Source of the DNA: a bacterium
GTDB lineage: Bacteria; Gemmatimonadota; Gemmatimonadetes; Gemmatimonadales; Gemmatimonadaceae
Assembly: GCA_021813725.1 (NCBI GenBank)
Contig: JAKAJN010000001.1
Location: 12,990 to 76,989, forward strand
DNA length: 64,000 nt
Direction of reading: 5' to 3'
The position numbers and the translations under genes were made by a program. A model generated the notes under the pieces. The model was given only the letters and a program-made list of their open reading frames with translations. It was not told the DNA's origin and did not search any database. Positions 51,256 through 62,914 of this stretch are shown here, in pieces (positions within the stretch are counted from its first letter, which is position 1; each line of letters opens with the position of its first letter).

Positions 51256-52497
51256 ATGAGCATCAAGCTGCGCCTGACGGTCCTGAACTTCCTGCAATTC
51301 TTCGTCTGGGGAGCGTGGCTCATCTCGCTCGGCGGCTACATGATCGTCACGCTGGGGTTCACCGGCGGCGAGGTCGGCAGCATCTACGCCACGATGGGCA
51401 TTGCCTCGCTCTTCATGCCGGGTCTGCTCGGCATCGTCGCCGACCGGTGGGTGAATGCGGAACGCGTGTACGGCATCTGCCACCTCATCGGCGCCGGCCT
51501 GCTGCTCTGGGCGTCCACGGTGAAGGACTTCCCGACGCTCTACACCATCATGCTGCTGAACGCGATGGTGTACATGCCGACCATCGCGCTCGGCAACACC
51601 GTCTCGTATGAGGTGCTCGAGCAGAAGGGGCTCGATGTCATCACGAGCTTCCCGCCGATCCGCGTGTGGGGCACCATCGGGTTCATTGCGTCCATGTGGA
51701 TGGTGGACCTGGCGGGCTGGACCAAGAGTCCGTTGCAACTCTACATCAGCGCCGCCTCGGCCGCGGTGCTCGGCCTCTACGCGTTCACGATGCCGAAGTG
51801 TCCGCCCGCCAAGTCCGAGGGCAAGCGCTCGCTCGCGTCGGCGCTCGGGCTGGATGCCTTCGTGCTCTTCAAGCGTGGGCAGATGCTCGTCTTCTTCCTG
51901 TTCGCGATGATGCTGGGCGCGGCGTTGCAGATCACCAACGCCTTCGGCGGCGCCTTCCTCGACGACTTCAAGACGGTCTTTCCCGACAGCTTCGGCGTGC
52001 GGCATCCCAACCTGCTGCTGTCCATCTCGCAGATATCCGAGACGCTCTTCATCCTCACCATTCCGTTCTTCCTGCAGCGCTTTGGCATCAAGAAGGTGAT
52101 GCTGCTGAGCATGTTCGCCTGGGTCTTCCGCTTTGGGCTCTTCGCCGTCGGCGATCCGGGTGGCGGACTCTGGATGCTCGTGCTCTCGATGATCATCTAC
52201 GGCATGGCCTTCGACTTCTTCAACATCTCGGGCTCGCTGTTCGTGGACCGCGAAGCCGAAGGCCCTATCCGGGCGAGCGCGCAGGGGCTGTTCATGATCA
52301 TGACCAACGGCCTGGGCGCCTTCATCGGCGGCACCGCCAGTGGCTGGGTGGTGGATCACTTCACCAGCGGTGGCGTAAAGGATTGGCGGAGCATTTGGTT
52401 CACGTTCGCCGCGTACGCGCTGGTGCTGGGCGTGACCTTCCCGTTCGTCTTCAAGTACGAGCATCGCGGAGATGGGCGGATGCGCGCGCATGGGTGA
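51256..52497 (+). CDS. NupG/XapB-family nucleoside:H+ symporter (MFS)
   Basis: GGAGGA lies 7 nt upstream of the ATG. LNFLQFFVWGAWLISLGGYM, LLGIVADRW and FPPIRVWGTIGFI align with E. coli NupG as I recall it. Confidence 0.8.
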   Translation: MSIKLRLTVLNFLQFFVWGAWLISLGGYMIVTLGFTGGEVGSIYATMGIASLFMPGLLGIVADRWVNAERVYGICHLIGAGLLLWASTVKDFPTLYTIMLLNAMVYMPTIALGNTVSYEVLEQKGLDVITSFPPIRVWGTIGFIASMWMVDLAGWTKSPLQLYISAASAAVLGLYAFTMPKCPPAKSEGKRSLASALGLDAFVLFKRGQMLVFFLFAMMLGAALQITNAFGGAFLDDFKTVFPDSFGVRHPNLLLSISQISETLFILTIPFFLQRFGIKKVMLLSMFAWVFRFGLFAVGDPGGGLWMLVLSMIIYGMAFDFFNISGSLFVDREAEGPIRASAQGLFMIMTNGLGAFIGGTASGWVVDHFTSGGVKDWRSIWFTFAAYALVLGVTFPFVFKYEHRGDGRMRAHG

Positions 52498-52560
52498 GGG
52501 CAGACGGGAGACGGGAGACGGGAGACGGGAGACCGGAGATCGGAGATCGGAGACCCGACA
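52498..52560. repeat. About nine tandem 7-bp units (CGGGAGA x4, then CCGGAGA, TCGGAGA x2 and degenerate ends) starting at the first nt after the transporter stop
   Basis: Read directly from the sequence. Confidence 0.9.
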
Positions 52561-52575
52561 GACTGGAGAGAGAAG

Positions 52576-52606
52576 CGAAGGCCCCGGCATCTTGCCGGGG
52601 CCTTCG
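52576..52606. terminator. 13-bp perfect-stem hairpin CGAAGGCCCCGGC-ATCTT-GCCGGGGCCTTCG between convergent genes
   Basis: Folded by hand. No strong T-run follows, so it may act bidirectionally or as a stabiliser. Confidence 0.55.
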
Positions 52607-52630
52607 TGTTGCATGCGTGGCCGCGATGCC

Positions 52631-53749
52631 CTAGGGGTTCTGCATGCCGGGATGGCCGTACTCGTTCGACTGGATGTGCTGGATGCGTTCCACGTACTCC
52701 CGGTCGCTGATCCTGCTCTGCCACGCCCCGGAGGCGCGCGCGCCGACGTAACTGGCGAGGAAGAGCACCACCACGGCCGCGGCGTACGCCACGGGACTCA
52801 CAGCATGGCGCCCCACTTTCATCGCGAGGGCTCCCTTCACCGGACAGACGGCGACGCAGTCCATGCAACCCGAGCAGTCAGGGCTGCTGATGCGGAGCTT
52901 GCTGGCCACCGGGAGACGCGACGGACAGGCCTTGTCGCACAGGCCGCAATCGACACAGCGCGTCGCGTCGCGGCGAATGCGCGACGGCGACGCCCAGGAG
53001 AAGAGTCCGAGCAGCGCGCCGTACGGGCACAGGTAGCGGCACCAGAGCCCCTGGATAAACACCGATCCGACGACGAGCACGCCGACGATGCCGAGCCCAA
53101 CGGGGCTCATCTGTGTGAAGAAGAGCCCCATCTTCACGTCGGCAACCTTGTTGTATGGCGAGGTCAGAAATGCCGTCAGCGCGTCGCGCCCCATCGCGGC
53201 GATCGACAGCAGGAAGAACCCCATCAGCAGGTACTTGAGTCCGCGCAGCGGCACGTCGAGCCACTTCGTCGGCTTGAAGTTCCGCCCGAAGGCGGCGCGT
53301 CCCAACCGCGCCAGCAGCTCGGAGAGGAAGCCGATGGGACAGATCCACGAGCACAAGGACTTGCGCATCAGCAGGGCGAGCGCGATGGCGATCAGCACCA
53401 GCACCGTGGCGGCGGGGTGCACCACATTCAGCGATCCTCGGTAGATCCAGTCGAGCAGTCCCATCAGGCCGCTGATCGGCAGGAACGCCTCGACTCCCGC
53501 CGGTCGCGCCGGCAGTGGCAGCGTGCCCTCGCGCGCCGCACCGACCCAGTGCGCGAACTGCAGGCCCAGGGCCACGCAGGTCAGCGCGAACAGCGATTGC
53601 ACCGCGATCCGCGCGCGGAACGTGCGCGCGCCCCGCTTGCCGTAACGGCCGCCGAGCCACTCGACCAGCGAACGCGCCACGTTCACCGACGGCGGCGCAG
53701 CGTCGACGCCGCGCCCTGAAATTGGTATGGGAGATGTCGCTTTGCACAT
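52631..53749 (-). CDS. NapH/MauN/CcoG-like membrane-bound 4Fe-4S ferredoxin-type protein
   Basis: TM helices carry CSWICPIG and WCRYLCPYG. Two ferredoxin motifs are present (CVDCGLCDKACP and CSGCMDCVAVCP). Confidence 0.75.
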   Translation of the reverse strand: MCKATSPIPISGRGVDAAPPSVNVARSLVEWLGGRYGKRGARTFRARIAVQSLFALTCVALGLQFAHWVGAAREGTLPLPARPAGVEAFLPISGLMGLLDWIYRGSLNVVHPAATVLVLIAIALALLMRKSLCSWICPIGFLSELLARLGRAAFGRNFKPTKWLDVPLRGLKYLLMGFFLLSIAAMGRDALTAFLTSPYNKVADVKMGLFFTQMSPVGLGIVGVLVVGSVFIQGLWCRYLCPYGALLGLFSWASPSRIRRDATRCVDCGLCDKACPSRLPVASKLRISSPDCSGCMDCVAVCPVKGALAMKVGRHAVSPVAYAAAVVVLFLASYVGARASGAWQSRISDREYVERIQHIQSNEYGHPGMQNP

Positions 53750-53987
53750 GAACGCAACCTAAAGGTCCGCCGATCGTTCGGCGTCGGGACATTCGCGCGC
53801 GGCAGGCGAGGGAACTCCGTACGCAATCGCCGTAATGCGGGTCGGGCGATTCGCGCCGTGGTTGGGAACTGTCCGCGACGGCGCCTCCGGTTGGTCCCGC
53901 CCCGGCCATCGCGTACTATTACCGCAATCGGAATCCGGACTCGAGCTCGTGAATCTAGATTCGGATTTCACGTCCCCAATCGCCTCG

Positions 53988-54902
53988 ATGCCCCTTTTCA
54001 AGCCCAAGCGCTCGCTCTGGCAGCGGCTCAAGGATGTCGCTCTGCTCGACGTCGCCGTGCTCGCGCGCGGTGGGGTCAACGCGGGCTCGCTCGAGCAGCT
54101 CGAGGCCCTGCTGCTCGAGGCCGACTTCGGCGTGCCGGTGACGATGCGCCTCATCGAGCAGGTGGAGCGCCAGGCCAAACGCGGTGCCGTGAAGACCGAG
54201 GCCGAGTTCCTCGCTGCGCTCGAGTCGGGCGTCCTCTCCGCGCTCACGGCGGGAAACTCCGATCCGTCCTTCGCGCTGCCGGCCGAGAAGCCAGCCGTGG
54301 TGCTCGTGCTCGGCGTCAACGGCGCCGGCAAGACCACCTTCATCGGCAAGCTCGCCACTCGCCTGCGCGCGGAGGGAAAGCGGGTGATGGTGGCGGCCGG
54401 CGACACCTTTCGTGCTGGCGCCATCGACCAGCTCAGGGTGTGGGCGGAGCGCAGCGGCAGCGACTTCGTCGGCGCGCAGTCCGGCGGCGATCCGGCCGCC
54501 GTGGCCTATTCGGCCATCGATGCGGCGGTGACACGCGGTGTCGACGTCGTGATCATTGACACCGCCGGCCGGCTGCACACCAGCGAAGGGCTGATGGAGG
54601 AGCTGCGCAAAGTGGCGCGCGTCATCGCCAAGCGGCTGCCGGGCGCGCCGCACGAGGCCCTGCTCGTGCTCGACGGCAGCATCGGCCAGAATGCGGTGCA
54701 ACAGGCGAAGAGCTTCGCCGAAGCCGTGCCGGTGACCGGTCTCGTGATCACGAAGCTCGATGGCACCGCGCGCGGCGGCGTCGTGGTGGCGGTGCACGAG
54801 GCGATCAACGTGCCGGTGAAGTTCGTCGGCGTCGGCGAGCAGGCGGCGGACCTCCGGCCGTTCGACGCGGCCGCCTTCGCGCACGACCTCGTGGAGGGGT
54901 GA
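53988..54902 (+). CDS. ftsY: SRP receptor FtsY (short form, NG domain only)
   Basis: GVNGAGKTTFIGKLA, DTAGRL and TKLDGTARGG are present. Confidence 0.9.
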   Translation: MPLFKPKRSLWQRLKDVALLDVAVLARGGVNAGSLEQLEALLLEADFGVPVTMRLIEQVERQAKRGAVKTEAEFLAALESGVLSALTAGNSDPSFALPAEKPAVVLVLGVNGAGKTTFIGKLATRLRAEGKRVMVAAGDTFRAGAIDQLRVWAERSGSDFVGAQSGGDPAAVAYSAIDAAVTRGVDVVIIDTAGRLHTSEGLMEELRKVARVIAKRLPGAPHEALLVLDGSIGQNAVQQAKSFAEAVPVTGLVITKLDGTARGGVVVAVHEAINVPVKFVGVGEQAADLRPFDAAAFAHDLVEG

Positions 54903-56986
54903 CGCCAGCATCGCGCCCTCCCGCCCGCGTGCTCGACACCCCGATCACGTTCCTCAAAGGGGTGGGGGAGCGGCGCGCCGAGGCCTTTCGACGGCTCGGT
55001 GTGCTCAGTGCCCGCGACCTGCTCTTCCACATCCCGCACCGGTACGAAGACGCCTCCACCGTGCGCCGCATCAGCACGCTGCGCATCGGCGAGGACGCCA
55101 CGGTGATCGGCACGGTGGTGAGCAAGGGCGTGCTCCCCACGCGCAAGGGACTGCGAATCTTCCAGGCGGTGGTGCAGGACGCGAGCGGACTCATCGAGGC
55201 CTCCTGGCCTGGACAGCCGTTCCTCGACCGCGCCATCACCAAGGGTGATGTGCTGCTGCTCAATGGATCGGTGCGCTTCTACCACGGGCGCCAGCTGATG
55301 CCGCGCGAGTGGGTGAACCTTGGCGCCGACGACGCCGGGACGGCGGAGGGGCGGGTGCTCGCGGTCTATCCCGCCACCGAGGGGCTCTCCTTCAAGCAGA
55401 TCCGCGCGATCATTGACAAGCACCTTGACGCGCTGGTCCCCGCGTTCGACGAATACTTGCCGGCCGATCTTCTGCGCGAGACCTCGCTCCCTGGCATTCA
55501 GGACGCGTTGCGGCGCGTTCATCGTCCGGCGAGCGTCGCCGAGGCCGTTCGTGGACGCGACCGCCTGGCGTACGACGAGTTGCTCTGCGTGCACCTGCTG
55601 CAGCGGCGCGCCAATGCGCTGGCGCGTCAGGTGCGGGCCGGCATCGCGTTCGCGAACAAGCGAAAGCTGACGTCGCAGCTCAAGGCAGCACTGCCGTGGG
55701 AACTGACCGGCGCGCAGGTGCGGGCGACGCGCGAGATCGTGGCGGACATGACGAGCCCGTTGCGCATGCACCGGCTGTTGCAGGGCGACGTCGGGAGCGG
55801 CAAGACGATTGTCGCGCTGTTCGCCTGTTGCCTGGTGCTCGAGAACGGATACCAGGCGGCGGTGATGGCGCCCACCGAACTGCTGGCCGAGCAGCACTTC
55901 CGCACCTTCAGCCGCCTCCTCGCGCCGCTGGGCGTGGAGCCGGTGCTCGTGGTGGGCGCGATGAGCGCCAAGGCGCGCAAGGCCGCGGCGGCGCGGCTCG
56001 CCGAGGCGGGGCCGGTGCTCGTGGTCGGGACGCACGCGCTGGTGCAGGAGGGGACGCAATTTGCGCGGCTCGGCCTCGCGGTGATTGACGAGCAGCACCG
56101 CTTCGGCGTGGAACAACGCGCGATGCTTGGCGAGAAGGGCGCCTCACCCGATGTGCTGTTGATGTCGGCGACGCCGATTCCGCGCTCGCTGGCGTTGACG
56201 CTCTACGGCGACCTCGACGTGAGCGTGCTCGACGAGCGGCCGCCGGGACGGCGTCCCGTCACGACCGCCCTGCGCGGCGAGAGCGGACGCGAGCGCGTGC
56301 TCGAATTCATCGAGACGCAGCTCGCGGCGGGGCGGCAGGCGTACCTGGTGTATCCCATCATCGAGGAGTCCGACAAGATCGCGCTGAAGGCGGCGACGAC
56401 CGCCTTCGAGGCGCTGGCGGCGGGGCCGTTCCAGCATCGTCGGGTCGCCCTGCTGCACGGCCGCCTGTCGAGCGAAGAGAAGGATGGCATCATGCGCGCC
56501 TTCCGCGACGGCGCCATCGACCTGCTGGTCAGTACGACGGTCATCGAAGTTGGCATCGATGTCCCGAACGCCACGGTGATGGTGATCGAGCATCCCGAGC
56601 GCTTCGGCCTGTCGCAACTGCACCAGCTGCGCGGTCGCGTGGGGCGGGGGGGCGAAGAATCGTTCTGCATTCTCCTGGGCGATGTGGGCGGGGAGTCGCG
56701 CGAGCGCCTGCGTCACCTGATTGAAACGGAAGACGGCTTTGCGATCGCGCGCGCCGACCTGCGCTTGCGCGGCATGGGCGACCTGTTTGGCAAGCAGCAG
56801 AGCGGGGTGCCGGCATTCCGCATTGCCGATCCCGTCCGGGATGAGGAACTGAGCGAGATGGCGCGCCGCGCCGCGGAGCGTCTGCTCGCCGCGGATCCCA
56901 TGCTCGAGTCGTCCCCCAATCGGGCGCTGCAGCGGATGCTGAAGGCGCGCTACGGGCGGGCGCTGGAGCTGTTCCGCGTGGGCTGA
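54899..56986 (+). CDS. recG: ATP-dependent DNA helicase RecG
   Basis: A wedge/OB N-terminus, GDVGSGKT, a DEQHRFG box and QLHQLRGRVGRG are present. The GTG overlaps the ftsY stop. Confidence 0.9.
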   Translation: MTPASRPPARVLDTPITFLKGVGERRAEAFRRLGVLSARDLLFHIPHRYEDASTVRRISTLRIGEDATVIGTVVSKGVLPTRKGLRIFQAVVQDASGLIEASWPGQPFLDRAITKGDVLLLNGSVRFYHGRQLMPREWVNLGADDAGTAEGRVLAVYPATEGLSFKQIRAIIDKHLDALVPAFDEYLPADLLRETSLPGIQDALRRVHRPASVAEAVRGRDRLAYDELLCVHLLQRRANALARQVRAGIAFANKRKLTSQLKAALPWELTGAQVRATREIVADMTSPLRMHRLLQGDVGSGKTIVALFACCLVLENGYQAAVMAPTELLAEQHFRTFSRLLAPLGVEPVLVVGAMSAKARKAAAARLAEAGPVLVVGTHALVQEGTQFARLGLAVIDEQHRFGVEQRAMLGEKGASPDVLLMSATPIPRSLALTLYGDLDVSVLDERPPGRRPVTTALRGESGRERVLEFIETQLAAGRQAYLVYPIIEESDKIALKAATTAFEALAAGPFQHRRVALLHGRLSSEEKDGIMRAFRDGAIDLLVSTTVIEVGIDVPNATVMVIEHPERFGLSQLHQLRGRVGRGGEESFCILLGDVGGESRERLRHLIETEDGFAIARADLRLRGMGDLFGKQQSGVPAFRIADPVRDEELSEMARRAAERLLAADPMLESSPNRALQRMLKARYGRALELFRVG

Positions 56987-57157
56987 GACGCCGTGGCGGG
57001 GCAGGGAACAGGACCGGTCCTGCGCCCGAGAAGTACGCCATCACCGCTCCCCCCCGCGGGACGCGCTTGCTATCCTTATATGTTTGCCCGGAACCGCCCG
57101 ATCGTTTTGGGCAAAGCGTCGACCCCACCCGCAGCTTGAACCATCCCTTGGAGGACC

Positions 57158-59728
<2,571 letters not shown>

Positions 59729-59749
59729 TCGCCGACCATCGTTGCCGGA

Positions 59750-59777
59750 CGAAGGCCCGCCGCCTGGCGGGCCTTCG
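59750..59777. terminator. 12-bp-stem hairpin CGAAGGCCCGCC-GCCT-GGCGGGCCTTCG downstream of hppA
   Basis: Folded by hand. It shares CGAAGGCCC...GGGCCTTCGTGTTGC with the hairpin at 52576-52606. Confidence 0.55.
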
Positions 59778-59910
59778 TGTTGCGGGGGCTCGTGTTGCGC
59801 GCTCAATTCTGCCTGGGCTCATCGCAAGACCCCGCTTCCAGACTCGGAGCATGCTCGTGCGTGTCACCACCCCACGACGGGATTCTCGCGTCATGCTGAC
59901 GGAGCGCTAA

Positions 59911-62331
59911 GTGCCGATGCCGCGTGTCACTCGCACGGTCCTGCTTCCGACCCTGCTGGTGCTGGCGATCGCCAGTCTCGTCGGATCGGGCGTGGTGCGC
60001 TGGTATGCGCGCAACAGTCTCGAGGCCGAGCGGCAGCACGTGCGCGCCTCGATCGAGCCCCATGCCAATCGCGTGGCGGCAGTACTCGGCCAGCGGATCG
60101 CCCAGCTCGTGGCGCTCAAGACCTTCGTGGAACTGGTGCGAAACTCCGAGGAGCTGGAGCGGGAATTTTCGCTCTTCAGCGCCGGGTTGCTCGCGACGGG
60201 GCACGGCCTGCGGGCGGTCGAGGTGGTGCGCGATGGGCGCATCGTGCTCGTGAGCCCGACGGCGGGGAACGAGCCGGCGTTGGGGCTCCATTTTCCGGAA
60301 CATGTGGACGAAGTGGTCCGCTCGGGCTATGCCCGCGCGCGCCGGAGCGAGCAGCCGACGATCGTCGGTCCCGTCCGACTCGCGCAGGGCGGACTCGGCC
60401 TGCTCGTCTTCCATCGCGTGCGGGTCGCATACGATCCCGCGGTCGAGTTGGTGGAGCTGGTCATCGACCTGCCCGTGCTGCTGCAGGAGGTCTACCTCGC
60501 CGAGCCTCCCGAGGGAATCGCCGTGGCGTTGCGCGACCGTCGTGGCGGCGTGGTCGCGTCCACGCACGACCAGCTGGATGCGGATCCGGTGACGGTCGTC
60601 GTTCCCGGCTTGATCGGCGGGTGGGTGCTCGGCGGCGCTCCCTTGAACGGATGGGACGCCGCCGTCGCGGCGCGCGTGGCCCCGGTGCGCGTGGCCGCGG
60701 TTACCATCGTCCTGCTCATCACGCTCGTGGCCGCCTTGCTGGTCGACCGCGACGCGCGCCTGACGCGCAAGGTGGCGGCGCGCACGGCGTCGCTCGCCGC
60801 GAGCGAGGAGCGCCTGCGCTTCGCGCTGGCGGCGTCGCGCAGCGCCACCTTCGAAGAGGACGCGGTGACGGGCGCGGTCACCTGGTCCGTGGAGGCCGCG
60901 GCGATCCTGGGGCGCGCGCTCACGGACACGCTGGGCGGTGTCGCTGAACTGCAGGAGTACCTCTCCGACGTGGACGCGCAGCGCGTGGCGCAGGCCTTTC
61001 AGCAGGCGCGCCAGGCGCCGTCGCAGGCCACGTTCGAGTTGCGCACCACGGACACTGAGGGCGGTGCCCGGTGGGTCGCCCTGCATCTGCTGTCGCGCGC
61101 CGATGCGAGCGGTGCGGTGCGGCGCGTGGTGGGGACCCTCACCGACGTCACGGAGCGCCGCCGGCTCGAGGAACAGTTCCTGCACGCACAGAAGATGCAG
61201 GCGATGGGCGTGCTCGCCGGCGGCATCGCCCATGACTTCAACAACCTGCTCACGGTGATCCTCAGCGCGGGGCACATGGCGCGCGCCTCAGCCGACGAGC
61301 CCGGCGTGCCCGACTCGATGCGCACCGATCTCGACGATGTGCTCTCGGCGGGCGAGCGGGCGGCGGTGCTCACGGGCCAGCTGCTCGCCTTCGCGCGACG
61401 ACAGGTCGTGCAGCTGCAGCGGCTCGACCTGCGCGAACTCGTCCTGGGCATGGAACCGATCGTCCGGCGACTGGTGGGCGCGCCCGTGCGGGTGGACCTG
61501 GAACTCACCGACGCCCCCGTACGGGTCTATGCCGACCACGGCCAACTCACGCAGATCCTGCTCAACCTGGCCATCAATGCGCGCGATGCGATGCCGAAGG
61601 GCGGCGTCGTGCGCGTCGCCCTTTCCGTCGGCCCGCCTCCAATGGGACCAGTGCGTCCCGACGAGGTGCTCACCGCCGAGCAGTATGCGGTGCTCGAGGT
61701 GAGCGACACGGGAACGGGGATCGCGCCGGAGGTGCAGCCTCGCATTTTCGATCCATTCTTTACCACAAAACCCGTTGGACAGGGCACGGGGCTCGGGCTG
61801 ACCACGGTCTACGGGATCGTGCGTCAGTGCGGCGGCACGGTGCGATTCGACACCGCGGCGGATCGCGGTACCACATTCCGCGTCTATCTCCCGATTGACG
61901 CCGAGGCGGACGGGATAAACGGAGTGGAACCCGTCCGGCGCGAGCCCGGCGCGGCGGGCGAACGCACGATCCTGCTCGCGGAAGGTGAGGCGAGTCTGCG
62001 GACGCTGGTGGCCCGCGCCCTGGGCAAGGTGGGGTACCGTGTGCTCGTGGCCGAGGACGGCGCCTCGGCGGTGAGTACGGCCCGAGACTACACCGGCGAC
62101 ATCGACCTCGTCATCAGCGACGTCAGCATGCCCGGCCTCGGCGGCGTCGAGTTGGCGCGAACGCTGCTTGCCGAGCGACCGGAGATGCGCGTCCTGCTCA
62201 TGTCGGGCCTGGGCCAGCAGGAAGAGTGGTATGCCGCGGCCGCGCTCCGCGACCTGAGCTTCATCGCCAAGCCGTTTCTCCCTTCCGATCTGGTCGCGGC
62301 GGTCGAACGCGCACTGGCCGCCAAGCGATAG
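59911..62331 (+). CDS. Hybrid sensor histidine kinase (2 TM + periplasmic sensor, PAS, HisKA, HATPase, REC)
   Basis: H box GGIAHDFNNLLTVI, N box LNLAINARDAM, DTGTGI, GTGLGL and a C-terminal receiver (LVISDVSMPGLGG) are present. Confidence 0.85.
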   Translation: MPMPRVTRTVLLPTLLVLAIASLVGSGVVRWYARNSLEAERQHVRASIEPHANRVAAVLGQRIAQLVALKTFVELVRNSEELEREFSLFSAGLLATGHGLRAVEVVRDGRIVLVSPTAGNEPALGLHFPEHVDEVVRSGYARARRSEQPTIVGPVRLAQGGLGLLVFHRVRVAYDPAVELVELVIDLPVLLQEVYLAEPPEGIAVALRDRRGGVVASTHDQLDADPVTVVVPGLIGGWVLGGAPLNGWDAAVAARVAPVRVAAVTIVLLITLVAALLVDRDARLTRKVAARTASLAASEERLRFALAASRSATFEEDAVTGAVTWSVEAAAILGRALTDTLGGVAELQEYLSDVDAQRVAQAFQQARQAPSQATFELRTTDTEGGARWVALHLLSRADASGAVRRVVGTLTDVTERRRLEEQFLHAQKMQAMGVLAGGIAHDFNNLLTVILSAGHMARASADEPGVPDSMRTDLDDVLSAGERAAVLTGQLLAFARRQVVQLQRLDLRELVLGMEPIVRRLVGAPVRVDLELTDAPVRVYADHGQLTQILLNLAINARDAMPKGGVVRVALSVGPPPMGPVRPDEVLTAEQYAVLEVSDTGTGIAPEVQPRIFDPFFTTKPVGQGTGLGLTTVYGIVRQCGGTVRFDTAADRGTTFRVYLPIDAEADGINGVEPVRREPGAAGERTILLAEGEASLRTLVARALGKVGYRVLVAEDGASAVSTARDYTGDIDLVISDVSMPGLGGVELARTLLAERPEMRVLLMSGLGQQEEWYAAAALRDLSFIAKPFLPSDLVAAVERALAAKR

Positions 62332-62349
62332 TCGGTTAGCCGGGCGCGC

Positions 62350-62772
62350 CTACCGGCAGAGCCAGGCCGTTCCTTCGACGCGCTGGCGTGCCTTCCGGTT
62401 GGTGGTCGAGTCAGTGATGACCACGAAGACCGGACGCGCCGCGTCTTCCTGCACCGGCGTCGAGCACTCGAGGTCGTCCTTCTTGAACGAGATCTTCCCG
62501 TCCTTGTCCGCCTCGATTCGGCCGAGATCGAGCTCCGTGGCCGTTCCCGGGAGCGACGTCGTGTTGATGAACACGGGGCCATTGGGAGTGAACTTCTTGC
62601 CGCTGATGGTGATCTTGACGCGGTTGCGGCCGAGCTGCTCGGCTTCCACGCCAATCGAGAGCTTGTCCTGCCGCGGCGTGGCGCGCGTGGCCGACGCGTT
62701 GCTGGCGAGGACGATGATGGCCAGCGCGGACGCGGCCAGGGAGGCGGCACGGGCGGTCGGAAAAGGTGTCAT
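62350..62772 (-). CDS. Small secreted protein of unknown function (140 aa)
   Basis: GGAG lies upstream of the ATG. The signal peptide is AASLAASALAIIVLASNASA. There are two Cys near the C-terminus. Confidence 0.5.
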   Translation of the reverse strand: MTPFPTARAASLAASALAIIVLASNASATRATPRQDKLSIGVEAEQLGRNRVKITISGKKFTPNGPVFINTTSLPGTATELDLGRIEADKDGKISFKKDDLECSTPVQEDAARPVFVVITDSTTNRKARQRVEGTAWLCR

Positions 62773-62914
62773 CGGAGTGCTCCGGCGAGTTTGAGTGATC
62801 TCGGGGCTGCGTCGCTCATACTATATTGGTTGCGTGCGCGGGCAAGGGGCGTCGTCGCCGGGCCCGCGAAGGTTCTTACCCCGCGCGGGACCGTCCGATT
62901 CAGCCCAAGCATTC

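Noticed and set aside
49462-52614. 1050-aa minus-strand ORF spanning the S10 peptidase and the region antisense to the nucleoside transporter.
   Set aside because: Only the 3' 1590 nt (from ATG 51051, with signal peptide and S10 motifs) look real. The upstream part is antisense to a well-supported NupG-family gene and has junk composition.
57009-57022. 14-bp perfect palindrome CAGGACCGGTCCTG just after recG, considered as a terminator.
   Set aside because: The stem would be very short once a loop is allowed, and no T-run follows. The evidence is not sufficient for a feature call.
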